Source: Candidatus Iainarchaeum sp.
Lineage (GTDB): Archaea; B1Sed10-29; WALL01
Direction of reading: 5' to 3'
Length of the DNA: 64,000 nucleotides
Assembly: GCA_023129115.1 (NCBI GenBank)
Contig: JAGMCR010000003.1
Location: forward strand, 64,001-128,000
The first letter of the stretch is position 1. Each line of letters starts with the position of its first letter. The notes below the pieces were generated by a model. That model ran no database searches. It had not been told where the DNA came from and saw only the letters and a list, made by a program, of their open reading frames with translations. The position numbers and the translations under genes are program-made. Shown one piece after another: positions 57,882-64,000 of this stretch.

Positions 57882-58355
57882 ATGGGCAAATGTGTGTTCT
57901 GTGACCTCAAGAAGGACGACGTAATCTACGCAAATGATGCCTTCCGCTCAACGTTCGACGCATTCCCGGTCTCCCCGGGCCACTCCCTCGTCATTCCGAA
58001 CCGGCACGTCACAACCATCGCCGAGCTGAAGGACGGCGAGTGGGCGCTGCTGAAGCCCGCAATCCTGAAGACCATCATGGTAATCGAGTCAACGGACTTC
58101 AGCGAGTTCTACAGCGGGTTCATCCACACGCCCGACGAGAAGACAGCTGTCTTTTCCGGCAAGATGCTTGAGCACACCGGCATAAGCAAGAAGCCGGACG
58201 GCTACAACATTGGCGTGAACCTTGGGCCTGCCGCGGGCCAGACAATCGAGCACCTGCATCTGCACATAATCCCGCGCTACCTCGGCGACACCGAGGCGCC
58301 AGCCGGGGGCATCCGGCAGATAGTGCCCGAGCTTGGGGACTACACAAAGCTCTAG
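57882..58355 (+). CDS. HIT family hydrolase
   Basis: CVFC, PVSPGHSLVIP, AGQTIEHLHLHIIPR. Confidence 0.95.
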   Translation: MGKCVFCDLKKDDVIYANDAFRSTFDAFPVSPGHSLVIPNRHVTTIAELKDGEWALLKPAILKTIMVIESTDFSEFYSGFIHTPDEKTAVFSGKMLEHTGISKKPDGYNIGVNLGPAAGQTIEHLHLHIIPRYLGDTEAPAGGIRQIVPELGDYTKL

Positions 58356-61300
58356 AAAAAGTCGGCAAGGTTGTACTGCTTGCTTTTGTCGTTGATGAAA
58401 ACAGAGTCAATGTTGCTCTCGACGAGCTTCAGCCTCTGCGCCATGTACTCCGGCAGCCCATATTTCTCGACAATCCCCTTGCTTATCTCGACGTACTTCC
58501 TCACCGAGCCCTCGGCAATCGTGAGAATGACTTTCCCGCCGCACTTCGTGCACTTCCCGACCAGCGGCACTCGCCTATACTTCGCGTTGCAGTCGACGCA
58601 CCTGAACTTCTGCTCGCCAAAAGCCCTGAGGTTCCCATAAATGTCCCTGAAGAAGTGTGAGTTGAGCAGCCTCTCGGCCTCGTCCTTCTCGTCCACCGCG
58701 CGGATTATTCTCCCGAGCTCGAGCTGGGCCTTCACCTTCTCCGGCATTGAGCCGAGCTTCGTGTACATGGACTGGATGACTCCATTGTCGAGGCGGCCCG
58801 TACCGTGCGTGTAGCCAAACCCAGAGTACTGGCCCTCTTCCCCAAGCCGCTCGCCCACCAGCTCTATCCTGTACGCCCCCGGCTTCCGCAGCTCGTGCGA
58901 AGTCCGGTAGAACTCCAGCGGGTACTCCCACGCCACGTCCATCTCGTGCACCTGGTCGTCGACCTGCGATGGGTCCAGCGCAAGGGTAAGCACCAGCGGC
59001 GCGTCCATCGACCCACCCCTCGTCGAGGGCAGGTACCACTTCGAAAAGTTAATCAGCGCGTCCACCAATAGCATGACCGCGTCCTCGTCGCCGTCGCATT
59101 GTTTTGCAGTAACACCAGAAACCACTGCGTTATGTGTTTTTTCCACTGTGAAATTGTACAGGGACTGGGGCTTTTTTTCAGTCACTCTCTTCCTAACAGC
59201 AACAATTGCAGAGCCTTCTTTGAGCTTCACGCGCTTCGCCTTAAATGAATGCCCCCGCATTATACGCCTGGCTTTTTCTTTCTTTCCCGGCCACCAGAAG
59301 CCTATTTTCTCGCAGAAATCCTTTGTAGTCGCCCCGTGCATGCGCAACTTGTAGCACGTCCAATTGAATGTTTTTCCTTTCTTTTTATAGAACTCGGCAA
59401 CTTTCCCCACACTAATCTTTCTTTCGTCTTTCTGCCACGAGCACAGCAGCCCAAACCGAGTCAACAAGAATTCTATGTCGCGGAGAAGCAGTTTACTGGC
59501 GGAAGTGCAACTGACCTCAGGGCTTGAGCCCCCACGGCTTGGCTTGCTTATGCCGCCATCCCCCTCAAAGTATCCTTGCAGGAACCACGCCACTTTTTTC
59601 ATGGGCAGCGAAAACACAACTGGTGGAACCCTCTTGTTTTTTGCGTGTGTGCCCGCTTCCAAACCGATAAATAAGTTGTATGCCAACCGCGAGCAAATTG
59701 TGACTCGTTGCTTGCCTTCTGAAGCGCCAACCCCAAACACTCGATTGATAGCACCCTTCACCAACGGTTTTTCTTTGGTTACAGCGAAATCAACTTGGTA
59801 GCAAGAGCCCTCTCTTTTCCTGGAATGCCCTTCTGCGACATAAAGCCCAAGAAGCCTCATAAAGTCTTTCCCAACCCTTATTTTCCTTGGCAGAACAGCT
59901 GTGTCCCACTTCTCCTTGAGGCGAACATTTTTTGGAATGCGAATGCCAAGCTTGTGTGCCAGCCAAACCGGAACAGAATCGCGCATAACATAGTTATACA
60001 ACGTGCTTTTGTTCATTCCAATCTCGTCAGCGGTTTTTCTCACACCCCCCTCTTCTAGACAATCCTTTAGCTTCTTCCCAATTCCCACAACCATGGTGTT
60101 TTCATCAGCATAGTCCAGCAAGTCCAAGCATTCAACATCCTTTTCAGCTATATTAAAGCGCGTTGGGATAAGTGCTTCCGTTGTCTGGAACGCCCGCGTT
60201 TTCGTACTTTTAGAGTCAATAAACGGGTGCATGCCGCTAGTGGTTATTTTGCGCCCAGTCTCCAGTTCAAGGGTAACGACATGGTCTTGCATCGGGTGCT
60301 TTGAAAACGCTGTAATTGGCATTAATTCATATTCACCGTTTCCATTAAGGGACAAGGTGCTATACCCCCTAGTCTCTACTACCTGGTCACCCATCTCAGT
60401 GGCGTGGAATTCTTTCTCCTTCAGCAAGCTTTCCACGAGTTCCCCAATCCGCACTATCCTCCACTCACGGCCGTTGAACACTGGAAGCGTTTCGCCAAAA
60501 GCAAAGCAGTCCCTCCTACACGCCGCGTGGAAATACGGGTGCGCGTAGCACCCCCGCGCCTTCGAGAACCCGATTATCCTCCCCAGCACTCCCGCGCTGG
60601 TGTGCGGCGCCAGCCCGACCACAAGCTGCCCAACCAAGTCCTTTGGCGTCCGGCAGTTGTAGTACGCCTCCTGCCCGTACAGGCCCTGCAGCAGCTCGTC
60701 AACGAACCGCGACACCCTGAACAGGTACTCGCCACCGCGCTCCGCGGGCACCACGTCCTGCGGGAACAGCTCGATGACCTGGTCGTCCCTGAGCAGCTCC
60801 CCGCCTTTCGCGTCTCTGCTGTAGCCCATTTCCTTAAGCTTCTCGACCGAGGTCCCTATCTCCTTCGGCGTGAAGTGCGTGAGCGGCAGGTTTGTCGAGT
60901 CAAACCTGATTGTCCCGTCCTTGAAGAGGTAGACCTCATGCCTCGACCTCAAAATGCCCTTCTCGAGCGGCTCTGCAATGCGGTGCGCGCTCATCAATCC
61001 CTTGACGCCCTTGAGCTTGGGGTCTGGCTTGCCGACTTTCTTGATGGCCTGTTCCATGGCCTCCTTGAGGTTCACGACCCTGCTGTCGTGCGCGACGCCT
61101 TCTGTGCCACACGCATGGCACTTCCTGCCCTTCCTCCCGCAGCGGGGGCAGACGTAGTCGAGCTCACCCCTCCCACCGCACTCGCACATCCTGCTCATCG
61201 AGAGCCGCCCGCACTTAGTGCATCGGTAGCGCGTTATGGTGACAGTGATGCTCCCCTGCGCGCTCGCCTTCAGCACCGAGCGGGTTGCCCCGCCGTAGTT

Positions 61301-63028
61301 GCCGACCGGGAAAAGCACGTGGGGCGCCGGGGTCATCAGCCTCTCCCTCGCCTTTTCTGGCCTGCCCATCCTCGCGCCGACATAAATCGGCGCCTTCGGC
61401 ATTATCTTGACGGGCGACAGCGCGTTGACGAACTCCATTGTGTCCTCGGTCTCAACCCCACTGCCGCCGAGCGTGGTCGCCAGCACTTTTTTGACCTCTG
61501 GCTCGATGTAGACGTAGTCGCCCTTCAGCCTGTGCGGCACCAGCAGCTTTTCAAGCGTCCGCTTCTCCGGGCCGTTCTCCATCCCGGTGTCCAGCCACTT
61601 GATGAGCTTCTTCATTTCTTCGACAGTGGCGTCGTGATAGTTATATGTGTACTTCGGGTGCAGGGGCACTCCGTGCCTCTCGCTGATTTCCAGCGCCTCC
61701 TCGAAGCTCTCTGCCTTTGCCTCAACCCCTTTTTCCTTGAGCTCCAGCCCCCACCACTCCTCGACCCAGGGCGAGGCAATAATCGGGTGGTTGCTGTGCA
61801 GAAAGTCACCAAAAGAGACGAGCAAATCCCCGGTGAACAGTATCTCCGCAATATCGCTATCCAGGTCCGTGGCCTGCTCGGCGCTCTCCACCTCCAGGAC
61901 CTCGCCGCTCTTGAGCCGAACGACCGGGCCGCCAATGGTGTCCACGGGCACGACCGTCATTCCCTTGCCCGGCCTCTCGACCTTGAGCTGCGTGCCAATC
62001 GCCGGGAAGCCCCCGAGCACGGTCATGGTCGCGGGGTGCAGTCCCTTGCTCATCAGCCCGGTGTTCCTCGCCTTGCCGTACCTCAGCCTGAACCCCCCAA
62101 CCCGTGAGGGGTACGCAAATATCGGCCTCCCCGCAACAACGTCCTTTATGTAGGTGTCTATCGGCTTCAGCTCCCTGACGCCCTCGGTGTCGCCGCCCTT
62201 GATTATTGACTTCAGCCACCCCCAGTCCAGCCCGAACTTCTCGGCGTACGCGACAACTTTCCTCGCCTTCTGGGCGATGCCCTCGCTTATTACGAGGCAC
62301 ATGCCGCCGCGCACCCGGTTCGTGGGTATCCGCTTCAGGTCCTTGTAGACGTCGACCTCGACTTCCGCGGTAGGGTCACCGTTTACGCACACCGGGCAGT
62401 TCCGCACAATCAGCCGCACTTCATCGTCCGTGGCCCGGTACTGCAGCCTGCTCACGGCGTTGTGGTAGAGCGCCACTTCCTCGACATACCTCTCGACCTC
62501 GCTGTCCGTCGGCCTGTAGCCGCTCAGCCCAAGCAGGTTGCTCGTGTAGTGCGCAATCAATACCGCGAGCGCCTGCGCGGTCCCGCCCGCGCTCCGTATT
62601 GGCCCCGCAAAAGAAACACTAAGATAATCACTGCCGTCCGGGTTCTCCTCGATGCTCGCCGCAGCGACGCCGTCGATTGGCGCTGCCACCACGCCCTCTG
62701 TCAGCAGCGCGAGCGCCGTGCGTATGCACTGCTCCGCCCGCTCGTTCCGGTCCTTGCAGCCGAACTTCCCTCCAATTATCCAGTCGCATACCTTTAGTGC
62801 GGTCTCTTCGCGGTCGTGGCCCTTCATGTATTCCCGCATCGCCTCGGCGATGCCTTCCGGCCCGACCAGCCCCTCCACCCGGTCGCAGATGTCGGCGGCC
62901 AGCGCGATTTCGACTTTGGTTTCGGGGTCGTACCCCTTCTCCCGCGCAGCGGCGGCAACCCCGTACGCCCGCGTGGTCTCCTCCTCCAGCAGGGAGTAGT
63001 ACGCCTTGATGCCTTCGCAGGCAATCAT
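58352..63028 (-). CDS. polC: DNA polymerase D large subunit DP2, intein-containing
   Basis: AGPIRSAGGTA, GFRLRYG, DGTIRFD, RRD|CDGDED, C-terminal CVDC/CTKC. Confidence 0.97.
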   Translation of the reverse strand: MIACEGIKAYYSLLEEETTRAYGVAAAAREKGYDPETKVEIALAADICDRVEGLVGPEGIAEAMREYMKGHDREETALKVCDWIIGGKFGCKDRNERAEQCIRTALALLTEGVVAAPIDGVAAASIEENPDGSDYLSVSFAGPIRSAGGTAQALAVLIAHYTSNLLGLSGYRPTDSEVERYVEEVALYHNAVSRLQYRATDDEVRLIVRNCPVCVNGDPTAEVEVDVYKDLKRIPTNRVRGGMCLVISEGIAQKARKVVAYAEKFGLDWGWLKSIIKGGDTEGVRELKPIDTYIKDVVAGRPIFAYPSRVGGFRLRYGKARNTGLMSKGLHPATMTVLGGFPAIGTQLKVERPGKGMTVVPVDTIGGPVVRLKSGEVLEVESAEQATDLDSDIAEILFTGDLLVSFGDFLHSNHPIIASPWVEEWWGLELKEKGVEAKAESFEEALEISERHGVPLHPKYTYNYHDATVEEMKKLIKWLDTGMENGPEKRTLEKLLVPHRLKGDYVYIEPEVKKVLATTLGGSGVETEDTMEFVNALSPVKIMPKAPIYVGARMGRPEKARERLMTPAPHVLFPVGNYGGATRSVLKASAQGSITVTITRYRCTKCGRLSMSRMCECGGRGELDYVCPRCGRKGRKCHACGTEGVAHDSRVVNLKEAMEQAIKKVGKPDPKLKGVKGLMSAHRIAEPLEKGILRSRHEVYLFKDGTIRFDSTNLPLTHFTPKEIGTSVEKLKEMGYSRDAKGGELLRDDQVIELFPQDVVPAERGGEYLFRVSRFVDELLQGLYGQEAYYNCRTPKDLVGQLVVGLAPHTSAGVLGRIIGFSKARGCYAHPYFHAACRRDCFAFGETLPVFNGREWRIVRIGELVESLLKEKEFHATEMGDQVVETRGYSTLSLNGNGEYELMPITAFSKHPMQDHVVTLELETGRKITTSGMHPFIDSKSTKTRAFQTTEALIPTRFNIAEKDVECLDLLDYADENTMVVGIGKKLKDCLEEGGVRKTADEIGMNKSTLYNYVMRDSVPVWLAHKLGIRIPKNVRLKEKWDTAVLPRKIRVGKDFMRLLGLYVAEGHSRKREGSCYQVDFAVTKEKPLVKGAINRVFGVGASEGKQRVTICSRLAYNLFIGLEAGTHAKNKRVPPVVFSLPMKKVAWFLQGYFEGDGGISKPSRGGSSPEVSCTSASKLLLRDIEFLLTRFGLLCSWQKDERKISVGKVAEFYKKKGKTFNWTCYKLRMHGATTKDFCEKIGFWWPGKKEKARRIMRGHSFKAKRVKLKEGSAIVAVRKRVTEKKPQSLYNFTVEKTHNAVVSGVTAKQCDGDEDAVMLLVDALINFSKWYLPSTRGGSMDAPLVLTLALDPSQVDDQVHEMDVAWEYPLEFYRTSHELRKPGAYRIELVGERLGEEGQYSGFGYTHGTGRLDNGVIQSMYTKLGSMPEKVKAQLELGRIIRAVDEKDEAERLLNSHFFRDIYGNLRAFGEQKFRCVDCNAKYRRVPLVGKCTKCGGKVILTIAEGSVRKYVEISKGIVEKYGLPEYMAQRLKLVESNIDSVFINDKSKQYNLADFF
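59099..60508 (-). mobile_element. Intein (470 aa) with LAGLIDADG endonuclease in DP2
   Basis: Starts CFAFGE; block B TSGMHP; YVAEG and YFEGDG; ends TAKQ before the Cys of CDGDED. Confidence 0.93.
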
Positions 63029-64000
63029 TTTATCTCCTCCCCGAACTTGAGTATGGTTATCTTCCCGGACCTCAGGCTCACGAGCGGTAGCACGCCCGGC
63101 GTCGGGTGGTGGCCCAGCTTAATCTGGTACGGCGTCACGCTCTGCCAGCACCCGCTGTTTATCCCGATGGCCCCACGGTAAGTGACGTAGCCGTTCCTGT
63201 GCACGTCGCCGACGTGCAGCAGGTCTGGCACCTTCCGCATCACGAGGTAGTCCCTCTTTTCCGGCACTATCGGCGGCTTTTCGCCGTACACCGGGTGCAA
63301 GTGCCTCCTCTTCAGCCACTCGGTTATAACCGTTTCAGGGTGCTCATAATTCACGTTGTTCGTGTGCGGCACAATGCCGTGTATCGAGGCGCCGTGGTAG
63401 AGCATCACCTCGAACCCGTGCAGCGAGACGTATCCCGGCGAGCCCATGCACCTGAAGTTGTCGAGCGACCCGAGCGGGCCAAGGACTTCCTTGGGCAGCG
63501 CGGGCTGGGGCTCGGCAATCCTCACTGCGTCGTGGTTGCCCGGGATTGCAATCATTTCTATGTAGTCCGGCACCTGCTGCAGGTAGAAATGCAGCTGCTC
63601 GTACTGCTTGAAAATATCGTCCGTTGCCAGCTCTTCTTCCTGGCCGGGGTATACCCCAACCCCGTCCACCAGGTCCCCCGCAATCGTGATGTACTTGACT
63701 TTCCCGGCCAGCTCACGTTCCTTGCCCTCGCCGTTGAGCCACTCAATGAACTTATGGAACCGCTTTTCGAGGAACAGCTTGGAGCCGACGTGCATGTCGG
63801 AAATCAGGGCGACGTAGATGTCTTCCTCTGCGCGGTTGGGCTCGCGCATGGCGACGTCGGGCCGGTATATCTGCTTCGCGATGAACAGCTCTTTCGACAT
63901 CCTTCCCTCGACCGCAATCACTTCGTCGGGGATGATGTTCTGCGAAACGTCAATCATTGTCTTGTCGCTCTTCGGGAACAGCACCTTGAGCGACCCCGTG
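63025..64000 (-). CDS. polB: DNA polymerase D small subunit DP1 (5' part outside window)
   Basis: SDMHVGS, AGDLVDG, PGNHD, YHG, RRHLHP, NSGCWQ. Confidence 0.95.
   Translation of the reverse strand, partial: TGSLKVLFPKSDKTMIDVSQNIIPDEVIAVEGRMSKELFIAKQIYRPDVAMREPNRAEEDIYVALISDMHVGSKLFLEKRFHKFIEWLNGEGKERELAGKVKYITIAGDLVDGVGVYPGQEEELATDDIFKQYEQLHFYLQQVPDYIEMIAIPGNHDAVRIAEPQPALPKEVLGPLGSLDNFRCMGSPGYVSLHGFEVMLYHGASIHGIVPHTNNVNYEHPETVITEWLKRRHLHPVYGEKPPIVPEKRDYLVMRKVPDLLHVGDVHRNGYVTYRGAIGINSGCWQSVTPYQIKLGHHPTPGVLPLVSLRSGKITILKFGEEIK

Overview
Chromosomal segment of a GC-rich archaeon. The compact gene set, charged terminal extensions on ribosomal proteins and free-standing LAGLIDADG gene suggest a DPANN-type lineage (inference only). 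Housekeeping content: a complete A/V-type ATP synthase operon (H-I-K-E-C-F-A-B-D) with Na+-type c-subunit motifs; the rnp4-rps19e-PDCD5-rpl39e-rpl31e-eIF6-rplX-pfdA-ftsY-srp54-pus10 block; dnaG, pth2, rpoK, rps17e, aCPSF1, proteasome beta, slyD, NAC, Hel308 (intein), cdc6, sepF and PolD DP2 (intein) with partial DP1; tRNA-Val(TAC) and initiator tRNA-Met. The most unusual region is 33.5-42.8 kb. There, TTACGTAA/TGACGCGTCA palindromes, partly phased at 10 bp and partly embedded in coding sequence, surround a gene for an amphipathic-helix/coiled-coil/wHTH protein. Next to it are a PRC-barrel gene, further wHTH genes and two iteron-like non-coding blocks. Together these form a candidate membrane-tethered centromere/origin system. 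Other points: a nurA-GNAT-herA operon with no adjacent mre11/rad50, a LAGLIDADG gene ending antisense inside tRNA-iMet, dispersed GC-rich REP-like palindromes, and two candidate structured RNAs. All calls are by eye; no database searches were run.
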